DNA from: Eledone cirrhosa
Taxonomy: Eukaryota
Assembly: GCA_964016885.1 (NCBI GenBank)
Contig: OZ024741.1
Location: forward strand, 369,210,001-369,274,000
Reading direction: 5' to 3'
Length of the DNA: 64,000 bases
The notes beneath the pieces are model-generated. The model saw nothing but the letters and a program-made list of their open reading frames with translations, did not search any database and was not told the origin of the DNA. Below are positions 40,201 through 55,200 of the stretch, one piece after another. The position numbers and the translations under genes were made by a program. Each line of letters starts with the position of its first letter. Position 1 is the stretch's first letter.

Positions 40201-43200
40201 TCTTTCCCATGAGTGATGACAAATGCCCAAAACTTCGAGTTGGCACCATCAACGTTAGCACAATGAAAGGAAGAGCAGGAGAAATCGTAGAGATGTTAGA
40301 GTGAAAGGAAATTGATGTATGCTATGTGCAAGAGACTAGGTGGAGAGAGAAGAGTCTGCTAGAGTGCTTGTAGGCAAAAATCAGTACTATAATTTTTTCT
40401 GAATGGGAAATGACAACGGGATGAGTGGTGTAGGTATACTATTAGCTGACAAATGGGTAGATAAGATAATCTCAGTGAACAGGGTGAACGCAAGTATCAT
40501 TAAACTCAGACTAGTCCTGAATAAAACATTACTGCCCTAACAAACGACAATGACTTCCTAATCACTGCAGGAAACTTTAACTGACACGTTAGGAAACACC
40601 GTGATGGCTTCTAATGAGTCCATGGAAGCTTTGGGTTTGGCACAAGAAATGAAGAAGGCTTCAGGCTTCTAGAATTCTGTGATGCCAATGACATGTCGAT
40701 ATGTAACACAAGTTTCAAAAAACCCGACAACTATCTGATCACCTATAGATCAGGAGAGCATTCTAGTCAGATAGATTATATCCTTATCAGAGGACGAGAT
40801 AGATGGACAGTTGTAAACACAAAAGCCTTCCCTGGTGAGGAATGTACCTCCCAACATAACTTAGTTGCCAGCGAACTCATTGTCAGAACAAGGGTTACTT
40901 GGAAACAGAAGGTAACCTGGAGAAGAAAGATCTGGAAGCTGAAAGACCCCTCAGCCAGTAACAGATTTAAAGATATCTTACTTGAAACCTATGACAGTAA
41001 AGAAGAACAGATACAGACATTCAATGTAGAAGAGCACTGGGAGTTCCTAAAAAATAACTTACTAAAGGCAACAGACGAGATTTGTGGTTACAGCAAGACC
41101 ACAGGGAGGAGGAGAGTGACTTGGTGGTGGAACAATAAGGTAGAGGAGGCAATTAAGGCTAAGAGACAGGTATGGAAAGAATGGAAGAACGGGCGAAGCA
41201 GGGTACATTACATAGAGACCAGGAGGGAAGCTAGGCGACAAGTATACTTAGCTAGAAGGGAAGGGGAGGATAGAAAATTCAAGCATGTTTTGCAACGTGA
41301 GGACCAGAAACAGGAGGTGTTCAAGATTGCAAGGCAATGTGTTAGAGAAAATAGTGATGTCATTGGAGAGAAGTGTGTCCGGAATGATAAAAGTGAGCTT
41401 GCCCTCACAAGTGCCGAGAAGAAAGATGCATGAAAGAGTCATTATGAAAAATTACTAAATGAGGAGAATGCATGGGAGAAAGAGACTCTACCCCAAGTGG
41501 ACCCTATAGAGGAGCGAGCAATACAAGTCAGCAGCAGCATAGTAAGTAAGGCAATTAAAGATATGAAGACTGGGAAGGCAACCGGTCTGTGATGATATGA
41601 TTTGTTTTATAGCATCACTTTCTTCTCTTTGATTTGATTCCTTTGATTTGGTACAAAATAATACAACAATTTTATTCAATCATGGATCCGAAAATATTCA
41701 AGAAAATTCTTCTGGATGATCCTAGTGAATCCGACTATGCCTACTGGAAGAGAATGTTGGCGATCTATTTGGAAAACTTGTCTGTTCCTGAAGAAAGTAA
41801 GCTGTCAGTCCTTCTGGTTCTTTGCGGAGCCAATGCTTATACTCTCATTGAAGAAGCAACATCATTTGATGAGGCATTATTCATTCTTGATAATAAATTT
41901 CAAAAGAAGGCTCAGCAATAATGACCCGACATAAACTACGCAACCATCGTCAACAAGAAGAGCAATTATTGGAGGCCTACATGACCGAATTAAAAGCCCT
42001 CGCAAAGAAATGCCCCACTAAACCCCTAACAGGGGAACAACATAGACAATTGCTGATTTGTGATGCGTTCGTGTCGGGTGTTCAATCCTCCACCATAAAA
42101 CAACGACTTCTGGAATCACCTGATGACAATCTAGATAAAATATTCCAAACCGCTCTCACATTAGAATTAGTAATAGAAGACGCACAAAATCTGTCAACAA
42201 TAACAATACAACCGCCGTCACAACCCGTATTCGCTGCTTCTTCATCAAAATGTTTCTGGTGTGGTGGTTCATATCACCAAAAATCAGAGTGCCCTGCAAA
42301 AACTTCAACTTGCAATTTCTGCCACAAGAAAGGCCACTGGGCAACAGTATGTTTTGTTAAAAATAAGAAGGTACTAAAGAAGATAAAACATGCCGCAGTC
42401 TTGAATAATAACGAGGGCCCCGATAAAGCCTATGATGGCAGTAATCTTGCTGCCTGTTATAAACTTGCTTCCGTGAATCATAATACAAACCTTTTAACAA
42501 TTTATGTCAATTCACATAAAACAGAAGGTTTACTTGACACAGGCTCAGATAAGTCTTTCATTGACATGAACCTCTTGTCAAAATGGCAAAGTAAATTCAA
42601 GAAAACTAATAAGAGTGTAATTTTAGCCAACAACAGTAATCTCATAATACGAGGTACGTTTGAAACAACATTAGAATGGAAGGGCCGAGAATACCACATC
42701 GATCTAAAGTGGTTGACAAACTCATTGCTCAAGTAGTTATGGGTCTTGATATACTTAAAAGGCTTTAACAATAAAATATGTGGGGGACATGAGACCAATC
42801 ACGATATGTATGTCAATGCAAACTCTGAATTGTGAAGAATATGATTTAATGCTTGGTATCGATATTACAAAATTAAAACTATTATCTATACCTCCTTGAA
42901 AATACAATAAAGACCAGCAATTCATTAAAACAGAAATCGACAGAATGCTTAAAGCTGGAATAATTCAACAGAGCAGAAGCCCATGGAGAGCGCAGTGCTA
43001 CGTAATAGATCAAGAAAACAAAAAAAGTCTTGTCATAGACTACTCAGGCACTATAAATCGTTACACACCATTAGATTCATACCCTAATGCCATAATCGAA
43101 GACCTACTCAACAAAATTTCAAAACACATGTATTTCTCGAAAATAGATCTAAAGGCGGCTTATCACCAAATACCCATCAAATCTCCCGACTTTAAGTTGA

Positions 43201-46200
43201 CTGCATTCGAGGCCTGTGGCCGACTATACGAATTTACCCGTCTTCCGTTTGGATGCACAAATGCTGTTCCAATTTTCCAACGAATAATGGACACTTTCAT
43301 AGACAATTACAACTTACAAAATACCTACTCATAGCTTGACGACATTATTATAGGAGGAGACACAGTCGAAGAACATAACCATAACCTCAAGCAATTCATG
43401 AATGCAGCTAACAATGCAGGTATGCATTGAATCGAGACAAATGCAGCTTTAATCAAAGTAGAATACATTTCCTTGGACATGTCATAGAAAAAGGTAAATT
43501 AAAACCGGACCCTGAAAGGGATAAAGCCCTTATCGACATGCCGTTCCCAAAGACGTTAAAAGAGTTGAACCGGGTAATCGGTCTTTTTGCATACTACGCT
43601 AAATGGATTAAGGGCTCTTCTAACCTCTCAGTCGTTCTTATAAAGGCAAGAAACACCATTGATAAACAAGGTCTATCAAACGAAGAACGATCTACTATTA
43701 ATAAGATGAAGGAAGAACTCATAAAGGCATCACTGTGTTCACCCGATTTCACCGCACCATTTACAATCGAAACCGACGCATCAAATATTGCCATTGGCGG
43801 AACTCTATCACAAAATGGTCGTCCAATTGCTTTTCTTAGTAGAACCCTAAATAAGTCAGAAAGAGGACATTCCATCATCGAAAAGGAAGCTTGCGCAATT
43901 ATAGAATGTTATAGAAAATGGAGACATATGATCAGCGCTGTTCCACATTGTAATATCATAACAGACCAACGATCGGTTGCATTTGCGCTCAACAAAAAAC
44001 ACACTTCCAAGATTAAAAACGAGAAGGTAGCCCACTGGCGACTGGAGTTAAGCGATCTTAACCATACCTTCTCATATAGACATGGTTCATTAAACCAAGC
44101 CGCAGACGCCCTATCGCGCTGCTGCTCTACTAAGACGGAACACGAATTATACAATATTCACTCACGTCTATGTCATCTGGGGGTCACCAGACTTCTACAT
44201 TATTGTAAATCAATGAACTTGGCATATTCTATTAATGAAATAAGAGAAGTAATCGCCAATTGCAAAATATGCCGTGAATGTAAACCACAATTCTATAAAC
44301 CACCCAAAGGAAGATTAATACATGCCACAAGACCCTGGGAAGGACTATCAATGGACTTTGTGGGTCCCATGGCTATCTCAAACGGTTTTCGATTTATGTT
44401 AACTATAGTTGACGAGTACTCACGTTTTCTATTCACCATTCCCTGTAAAGAGATCACAACGGACGTAGTAATTAAACATCTATTGGAGATATTCTCTATA
44501 TTTGGAAAACCCAGTTCGATTCATACAGACAGGGGACGTCAATTTGAATCACAAAAACTCAAAGATTTCTTATGGAGTAATAACATTATAAAAAGCCACA
44601 CCACGCCATATCGACCCCAAGCTAACAGCCAATGCGAAAGAGTTAACGGCACAATATGCAAAGCGATACGTCTGGCATTGAAGACAAATAATCTCAATAA
44701 AAATGGAATAACATAATTCCAATCGCTCTGTCGTCTATCCGAGGATTGCTTTGCACTGCTACAAACGCCACACCACATGAAAGAGTATTTTCATTCACCA
44801 GATCGACAAACAATAGCACAGAAATACCAGAGTTGCTAAATAAACTGGGCACAATCGTGCTACATCGACGTCACATAAGGAATAAAGGTGATGATCTCAC
44901 GGAAAACGTTCAACTCATCGAGACGATCTCACCCCACTTTGCCAAGGTACAATTTAATAGTGGAAGAATCTCGCACCAGCAGCATCACCACAAAACAATG
45001 GAAATTCAACAACATCGGAGTGTCAGAATAATAACTCCCCAAAAGGCGCCAATTTAACTCAACCAACAGCAATATCTACACCTGTGGTCATTTGGAACGA
45101 AAGTATGACATCTACCGCGGATAACAATCCTACAGAGAGTGCTGAATTCGATGACGATGAATCTTCTGACACATTCTTAACCTCGAATAACACACCCCAA
45201 CAACAAAGAACACGCCGAGGACGCTTAGTAGTGAGGCCAATGTGATACAACGATTAACGCTAGAGGGAAAGAATGTGATGATATGATTTGTTTTATAGCA
45301 TCACTTTCTTCTCTTTAATTTGATTCCTTTTTATTCTTATTCGTTGTATTCGTTCTGTTCCTGTTTGTTGTATTGTTGACCCATACTAATTTCTTCTCTT
45401 ATTGACTCTTTCTATATTATTCTTAGATTGAATAAAAACCTTTGATTTGGTACAAAATAATACAACACGGTCCATCGGCTATAGCTGCCGAGATGCTGAA
45501 GGCATCTGGGTCGGTAGGTCACACCATAACCACACGTATTGTTAACCAGGTAATACTAAAGGGTGTCATACCAAAGGATTGGTGCAGCAGCATCATTGTC
45601 AACTTCTACAAGGGTAAAGGTGATGCACTAGATAGAGGAAACTATAGAGGTATAAAGCTGATGAACCAGGTCATGAAAGTAATGGAAAGAGTTATAGCAC
45701 AGTTGATTAAGGACTGGGTAAAACTAGATGAGATATAGTTTGGGTTTGTGCCAGCAAAAAGCACCACTGATGCTCGCTTCCTTGAGAGGCAGTTACAGCA
45801 AAAGTACTTAGTTAAAAGTAAGCCGCTCTACCTGGCACTTGTTGATCTGGAAAAAGCCTTCAACAGACTGCCCCGTGCTATAATCTGCTGGGCTCTTAGA
45901 AAATTAGGAGTAGATGAATGGCTTGTGAAAGTTGTAGAAGCCATGTATAGGGGAGCAGTCAGCAAAGTTAGGGTTAACAATGACTATAGCGAGAAATTTA
46001 GCATACAGGTTGGTGTCCACCAAGGCTCTGTTCTTAGCCCTCTCCTGTTTATTATAATATTGCACACTATAACAGAGGAGTTTAAGACTGGATGCCCATG
46101 GGAACTCCTATATGTGGATGATCTCACACTTATAGCTGAATCTATGGCAGAACTAAAGAAGAAATTTCAAACATGGAAGCAGGGACTAGAAAGAAAGGGT

Positions 46201-49200
46201 CTCAAAATCAACCTGACAAAGACTAAGGTCATCGTAAATAAACGAGAAAACAATCTAGATCGCCTCAGGGAAATGGCCTTGCTCAGTATACAGGAAAGGT
46301 GTAGGTAGGAATTCCATCCTCTGCCTCAAATGCAAACTATGGGTACAGAAGAGATGTAGTGGGATCTCAGGAAGCTTAGTTAAGAATGTAGGCTTTACAT
46401 GTAGCAGCTGCACTGGGACAGTAAGCAGCAAAAGGCCACAGGAAAGAAGCACTACCAAACTCTGGGAGGGCTCTGTAGAAACAGTAGGCATCTTCTGCTA
46501 CCTAGGTAACCAAATTAGTAGTGGAGGTCGGTGTTCTGAAAGTACAGTAACCAGGGTAAGAACGGGATGGAAGAAGTTCAGGGAGCTACTACCACTGCTA
46601 GCTGCAAAAGGCTTTTCCCTCAGACTGTATGATGCGTGCATACGAACAGCAATGTTACATGGTAGTGGGACCTGGATGCTGAATGTAGAAGACTAGCGTA
46701 GATTAGAAAGAAACAAAGCTTGCATGCTCCGATGGATGTGTAATAGTAATATACGCGAACGGCAAAGCATAAACGAATTAAGAGAGAGACTGAGCATAAG
46801 AGTAATCAAATGCTGTGTGCAGGAGTGTTGGTTGTGTTGGTATGGACATGTGATATGTATGAAGGATGACAGCTGCATAAAAAGGTGCAGAGCATTAAAA
46901 GTCGATGGAAGCCTTGGAGTGGGGAGACCCAAGAAGACATGGGATGAGGTGATAAAAGCTGACCGCACCTCTCAAAGGCAATGACACAGGACCATGACCT
47001 CTGGCATCACGCAGTAATACAGAAGACCCAACTTGCCACGGGTACAAGCCAAAATTGAAGCATACAGACAATATGCCCCACACCCTCCCACTGCAAAGTG
47101 GTCGTGGAGGTGTCATGACAAAAAAAGCACCCAGCCCACACTGTAAAGTGGTCATGTAGGTGCCACGGTAAAAAAGCATCCAGTACTCACTGTAAATGAG
47201 GTTGGTGTTAGGAAGGGCATCCAGCTATAGAAATCAACCCCAAATCAGTTCCCATATGAGCAAGACAAGGTCACCTGACCTGGCATTGCCCACAACAAGA
47301 CAACCCATCTAACCCATGCTAGCATGGAAGAATGGACGTAAAACGGTGATGATGATGATCATCATCATCTGTTGTGCTCATAATTTTTGGCATTAATATA
47401 CTGGTTGGATGCCCTTCCTATCACATATATATATAGCATTCTATAGAAGTACAACTATAATTCTATAGAATTTTATTTCAATCTATATAAAATTAAATCC
47501 TATATCTTATATGCGATTGATTAATTCATATGCTGTGGGATGTTATGCAAATTCAATATAAAAACATTTAATATTGTTTTAATAATCCCCAATCAGTTCA
47601 GTTTGAACAGATGTGTGGATTGGAAGTTGCTAACATACCTGATAAATGTGGAAAGAAATACTAGAAATATAACTCACTACAATTTTGTTAAGGCTAATCA
47701 CCCTACTGATGTAGGCGCTAGCCTTGCAAACCATGTAACAAACTTATTATTCATAGCTCACTACAATTTTTTTAAAGCTAATCTCCCTGCTAAAGTAGAC
47801 AAGTAATAAGCTTCATACTCAACGTGGAATCCTTTTTGTTGCTGTGAGATTCAGATTTCAGCATGCTTCAAATTTTGAGAGTTAGCTGGCAACAGACATC
47901 AAACTGATGCAGATATAAAATACCTGGAATGTTCTCATATTATATAAATTACTATGGAATAAAAGTTATAGTGTTGCCACAGAAATATAGTGCTCAAAAG
48001 TACATAAGTGCTTACCCTTTCAGGATAGACATTTTTTAAATACCATTCGAAGGATTGACACTCTAAAGATTTCCTTAGAGAGAGTCTTTCAGAAATGTTT
48101 CCATAGTTGATGTTGTCAACTCTTCTATGAATAGCATTGAAGAAGTATTCCTTTTTGAAACAAAATAAAATAAAAACATTAATAACAATAGTAATAATTA
48201 GTTTCCCAAACAATTAAAACTCATTCATAGTGTTTCTGATTACACAGTATTTCAATGAAATTCATCTCCAAACATCTTCACATGTACTTACTACACCTGA
48301 AAGATATACACTGCTCTAGACATCAGTTGAACCTAGTAACTGCCACATCTGAAGATGTACAGTGTTCTAGACATTATTTGAACCTAGTAATTACTACACC
48401 TGAAGATATACACTGCTCTAGATACCATTTGAACCTAGTACTTACCACACATGAGGATATACATTGTTTTAGACCCTAGTACATACTACATGTGAAGATG
48501 TACATTGTTCTAGACCCTAGTAATTACTACACCTGAAGATGTACATTATCCTAGGCATAATGTGAATCTAGTACTTTTATTTCTGAATGAACAATAGGCT
48601 GCAATTTGACAACAGAGTCATCAAAACATTGGATAGAATGATTTGCAACATTCACTACAAATGTTTGACAAATATAGTACTAGTCCAATACTGGAGTTAA
48701 TTCTTCCTCTATATCTCTTTCTCATTTCCTCTTTCACACTCTCTCCCTCTTTCTCTGGAAGAAATCAGTTATGTTAGACCTGGAGAGGAGTGGCTTTGTC
48801 AGGTTTAAATGCTCAAGACATGCTGTATATTACTACAGCACCACCAATAATTTAATCAGAAGTTAAGTGCTTAGGGACAAGTAAATAGTATTAATATTTA
48901 GAAATAAGGGTGCTCAGCATAATTCTTTAGAATTTGCATTACTCTATATATATAGAGAGAGAAACACAAAACATTAAACTGATAGTCTGGCAAAATTTAA
49001 TTATCAGGTAACCCCTTTCACAATGTTCAGACAAAAAATGAACAGCAATGTTAATAATTAGGATAATTAATAATTTCTCTAACTCTTTTAATATAAAATT
49101 ACTCCCACTTCAGTGATATAAAACTGTTTATTTATCTAAAGACCTATCATAATTTTATGTAAGAAGTTTTGCTTGTTCCAAACACCAGCTTAGTAATTAA

Positions 49201-52200
49201 AAAAGTTAGTTATATCATTAAATCTTTCATATTTTTTTTATTATTTTCAAAATTATTTGAAAATCACAAGCAGTGTTTTTCATTAGAAATATGGGAACAA
49301 AAGTATTAATACTTCACATTTCACCCTACAACTCACTATGTTTTTCTTAATATAAATAGTTAATGTAGAAATATAATTATATAAATTTTATACATTCTGT
49401 TGGGAGCTACACTGCATTGAACTATTGGTTGAAAGATTTGTATTCAGTTACTAGTGTTGTGTTGTGTCCAGAACATTGCGTGGCAGAATGCACAGAGGTA
49501 GTTAGTAGATAATAGAACCATTGTTAGTAGATAATAGAACCAATGAGATAAACTCTTTCCAATTCATTGAAATAGGAAAGAAGACAGGATTGTGCTGCCA
49601 TCAGGGAAATGGCCATGCTCAATTTGCAGAAAAAGAATAGCTAGAAACTTTGGATGCACTAAAGTCGGTTAAAATCCTAAGCAAGTTAACAAAGAAGATA
49701 TATTTTTTGTGGCACATGTACAAATGCAATTAGTAGTAAGAGAGGGCACCAGTGAAATAAACTCTTTCCAATGTATGGAAGACTGCAGATGACTTAATTA
49801 GCAGTAGAAGAGGGTATGAGAAGGCATAGTAGCTAGAACAAGAACAAAGTGGAAAGAGTTCTGGAAGCTATTACTTCTGCTGGCATTGAAAAGAATAAAT
49901 GATACAATGCTGGTATGTGAAATACGATAATGAATGGTAGTGAGACATGTGGATTGAATGCAGAGGATGTGAGAAAGTTAGAAAGAAATGAAGCTAGCAT
50001 GTTCTGCTGGATGTGAAATGTTAGTGTACATGAATAACAAAGAACAGATGACACTGAAGGAAAAACTGGGTATAAGAGGAATTAGAGGTAGTGTGCAAGA
50101 TAGAAGATTACACTAGGATGGACACATCATGCATATGGATGATGATTCTTAGGTGAGGAAGTAGCAGGAGTTTCAAGTAGAATATAGTTGAGGAAGGCTT
50201 TAGCAGAAGTGGTGAAAGTCGGTTTCAGGATTCTGAACCTTACAGAGGGGATATTGAAAGAATGTGACAGGTGGCAGGAAGGAAACTATTCTGAAGAGGA
50301 CTCATCTAATCTATACAGCATGGCAAAATTGACATAAAACTGATGATGATGATGATGATTATGATGATTTTCTCTTTGAAGTAGAAATACTTACAATATA
50401 TCCATCCATCCAAACATGAGCAACACGTAGCAAATTCTTCAGCAAGGTGTCTTTTGGGGCAGAATAAAGTCGAAAATACCGGAAAACACTACCAACTCTG
50501 GAACATGGAATTATTTCAAGATGTCCACCACACATCCACATCTGAGAAAAAAAATTAAAGGCATATATGTCAAGCCAGCAAGTGAGACTCTTCTGCTAAA
50601 AATAGAAGTCAAATATCCTTTAACCTGTTGACTGCTGTGTATATTTTACACAGCTACAGTTGCTGTGCCAGTTTCTTTTTCAGTAACATGACTATTTTTT
50701 TAAACAAACATTTATTAACAACACATATCTGAATGATTGACAAACATCACATCAATAAACTGGTAACTCCATCTAGCTTTGAAGTTATGAACTGTTGGAA
50801 ACAAGTTCATAACTTTGAAATTATGATTGTTGGAAAAGAGTTCAAACATGTTAGAACAAGTTATCTCATCTGTGGCACTGGAAGTATACATGTTAGGACG
50901 AGTTATCTCATCTACGGCACTGAAAAGGTTAAACTACACACCCCACACATCTTAAATAATAAACAACACATTGGTTAATTTAGTTTTATATATATTAGAC
51001 TGGATAAAAAGATAGATGGTCATGGTTGGAATGGCTTTAATCATCAGAAGTAATAGCCACAACTCCAAGTAATTCCACATTTCTTAATTTTGTTAATACC
51101 ATTTTTAAAGACCTGTAAGATATTGATTTCTAATTTTGGTTCAATGCCAGAAAATTTTGGGAAGGGCAAAGTTGATTAAATCAACCCCAGAAGGTAGCCA
51201 ACTGGTATTTTATTTTATCAACCCCAGAAGGATGAAAGGCAAAGCCAGCCTTGGTGGGATTGGAAGCCAGAATGTAAAGAGACAGAACAAATATCAAAAT
51301 GGTATTTTTTCCAATGCTGCAGCAATTCAGCCAATCCACCATCCTATAATAAATTCCCTTTGGACCCCTTACAGTCGAGCTCCTCCACAAGAATGTCAGC
51401 GGCTTGTCTTTACCACTGCGCCCTAGGCCCAGAGCCCACTCATCCTCCCCCCCCCCCCCCATTCGTCTGTGACACTAGAATCCTTCCCATTCCCTTCCTT
51501 TTCCGGTTTATTTTTATTTTTATTTTTTTACTTTATATTTTTCTATTTTTTATTTTTATATTTTTGTATTTAACTGATATATTCCAAAAATAAAATTTTA
51601 CACTTTCTATTCTTTAAAATTTAGAGGATCTTTGAGCATAATCTCCAAATTTACCAAAAATAGTGCCCTAGTAATTCCATTTGAGTTGTAAAAATTATTA
51701 ATATTATGAATAAGTCCTAAACCATTAAATCATTGGAATGCTGTTGAAAACTTTCATCTTTATCAAATACATATGTACAGGGTGTCCCCAAATATGTATA
51801 CATACTTTGATTACCTGTACAGGCAATATTTATTAGAATACTGTTGAAGTATATATACATTTTTGGGGGACACCCTGTATATCTAGTGTAAGACAGTTAA
51901 GTAGAATTCAACTTTCTCAGGCCTACACCCTACTGATGATTCAACATCAGCAGTGCAACATAATCATTCCTCAATTATAGTCTGTTTCTTGCTTCTTCCA
52001 CTTTGTGCACTTATTCATGAGGGGGTTGTAAGGACAGGGTCCTCAAACACACCTTCCAGCAGTTCCTGTCAGAAGCAACCGTCTCCAAATGATCCGGCTG
52101 GATCCCTAAACGAGACCAAAATCTGTCCAGCAATTCTTTCCTGAGACATTCTAACCAGTTCTTATAATAGTGTATTGCATATTCTTCATGACATCTATTT

Positions 52201-55200
52201 ACAGTTAAGTAAACTGGGCAATTTAACCTTTTAGCATTTAAACTGGCCATATCCAGCAAGAATTCCCTCACCTCTTTCTGTTCAAACCGACTGAAACTAG
52301 CTGCTCATACTGATGTTAAGGTATTGTTCGCAACATAAATAATATCGAAATCTCATAGTATCAATATTATGTGAGATAAAAAGGTAAAACCTTTACCATG
52401 AAAATATAATAGTAAATATAGAGTAATGTAAATGCTAAAGGGTTAATAGAAATTAGGTAGTTTTGCTAGAGACATAGCATATCACCAAGGATGAGATATA
52501 GAGCATCAAATCTTCAGTAAAATATCAATTTAGTCATGTTCCCAAATTTAGATAAGTTCATATGTCATTTGAAGACCATAATAATGAGAAAACATTTATT
52601 TAATCAAATTTACTAACTCTATTAAATTAGAATTGAAATAGAAATAGAAGCTTCGCCATACCATTTTTGACTATAATGTGGCATATAAACGGAAAAAGAT
52701 GTGTGCTGATACTCATCTTTTTCCATTCAGTGGGTTTATATGCCCCATTATTAAACTATATTATAGTAAAAAATATTATGGTATAGCTTCTATTTCTATT
52801 TCAATTCTAAACTTCGCTCACCATGTTCTAAACGTATTGAATTATTTTTACTGGTGCAGACCACCACTCATTCCTTTTAGCTCAGGATTTTAATTGTAAT
52901 TCAACCAAGAACAACTGTCCAAATCAACAAGATCCCAGACCTCATCTGCTTACCGAGTGAGGTGCAACTTATTGGATTGGACCTTGGAAACAATGCTTCC
53001 ATTGGTCTTTCCAATTGCTAACAATATTTATCAGTTGCTACTCTTGGCAAAAAGATCAACATGAAATAAAGTATCTAGCTCAATAACACAATGCATCACC
53101 TGGCCCAGGAATCGAATTCACAATCTCACGATTGTGAATCCAACTCTCTAACCACTAAGCCACATGCCTTCACAAGAAGAAACAACTGTAACAAAATGAA
53201 AATTACCCTAAATGAGATTTCCAGGTTTTCTCCACCCTGAACGTCCATACCTGAGTCATATTTACCCATCTCATTAAAGTAATGACGCTCAATAGCAAAG
53301 ACAATACCAATCATAGTCGGAGTTCTGTAAAGACAAAAGAAAACAAAGTTGAATAAATTCAGAGTATTTATCTTTTTGATGATAGAAAATATTCATCTGT
53401 ATAGGAATATTCTTCAATTACTTCATAGTATGTACTGGGGTTAATTTATCATTATTTTTAGTCTACCTTTCCATGCCTTCATGGGCTGGAGCAGTCTTCC
53501 CAAGCACAGCTTTCTTCTACTTGACATCTTTTTTCATCATCTCTTCTGTAAGGTTCAACATTCTGAGATCTGCTCAGGCTTTCCTCAGTCTTGGAATGTC
53601 TAGCAATTCTTTACCCAAAGATCATCATCCATATGCACCATGCGTCTATACCAGCACAATATTTTATCTTTCACACTACAACCTGTTTTTCTTATGCCAA
53701 GTTTTTCCTTCTCATCTATGCCTCATCATTTATGTACCTTTACATGACACATCTAGTGCAGCATGCTAGCCACAATTTTTTCACATATCTACACTGAATG
53801 ACCAAGTCTTGTTCCCATCATATAATTTACCCTTTGCTTGGAGAGAAATTCCTTTTGCTTCCAGCTGAGGTAATAGTTCCATGAATTTTTTCAAACATTC
53901 TTATTTTGGCTATTGTGCTTTTAGAACACCCTTCTCAACAGCTAATTAGGTCACCTGGGTAACAAAAACTATCAACTACTTTGGTGGAGTCTTCCTTGGA
54001 TTGGAAAGAGTTTATTTCACTGGTGCTCTTACTACTAAGTACTTCTATGCATGTGAAACACATGAAATCTCTTTGTTAGCCTGCCTATGATTCTACTACA
54101 ACACTAGAGCACTCAAATTTTACATTATGTGCACTATATAAAGTCTCTATCTACTCCTTTTCTGCAAACTGAGCATGACCATTTCCCTGATGGCAGCATG
54201 ATCCTGTTTTCTTTTCTATTTACTAAGACTTTGGTCTTTGCTGAGTTTACTATAAGGCTTCAACTCTTATAAGTATGAGGTCATCAAAATATAGAAGTTC
54301 CCACAGACAACCGGTCTTAAACTTCTCTGTTATTGCATGGAGAACAATAATAAACATGTGTGGACTGAGAACCAAGTCTTGGTGAACACCAACCTGCACA
54401 TTGAATTCCTCACTAAACTCATTGCCCATTCTCACCTTGCTGACAATACCTTTCTACATGGTTTGCACTGTTCTCATAAGCCACTCATTTACACCTAGTT
54501 TTCTTAAGGACTGGCAAACAACAAAATATGGTGCTCAGTCAAAACCTTCTCAAAAGCTAGATATAGTAGCTAACAATTGGCTACAAACTTTCCTTGTAGT
54601 TATCTTGTCAGGCAACAATTTCTACTTCTAATTTTCTGTTAAGTAGTTAATAATTGTTTCTACTTTTGGCACAAGACCAGCAATTACCCAGTACATTACT
54701 GGTACTTTATTTTATCCACCATTAAATAGTTAATAATGGTTTCTTATATAGGCAAAAGACCAGCAATTTTGGGGGGAGGGGAAAATCGATTAAATCGACC
54801 CCAGTGCATGATTGGTGCTTTATTTTATCGACCCCATTAGGATGAAAGATCATAAAGGGCCGTAACTCTATGCTGCAAAGTATGGCATCTGACCATCTAC
54901 TGATACTGCCAATCCACCACCCTTGTTAAGTAGTTAATAATAAAAAAAGATAATCCTACTGTAAACCATCCCCTGTTCTCATCATGCAAACATGGACGTA
55001 AAACAGAAAAAGAAAATTATTTCTTCAACTCTTCAGTTATTAAATTTGACTTAATTGTCTTTTTTTCTTTTGCAAAATGTAGAATATTAAACACTAGGAA
55101 TTAATATAATTATACACACTGAATTGGTGCATCAGGAAGGAGATTGTTGAACTTTGGTGATAATTGGGCCCACTGGTAATGTAAATTCCAGCTGAAACCA

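Larger units (their letters stand above)
40209..47360 (+). mobile_element. Decayed near full-length RTE LINE (same family as 11073-13202), split by a Gypsy insertion
   Basis: APE motifs 40220-40900; [10 protein letters not shown]|[13 protein letters not shown] joined across 41587/45468; RT motifs 45468-47000; (GAT)n tail near 47350; many stops and frameshifts. Confidence 0.88.

Noticed and set aside
47870-47923. Possible GALNT exon after ttccag
   Set aside because: In-frame stop after 13 codons and no homology; the exon at 39481-39549 fits the linker better.
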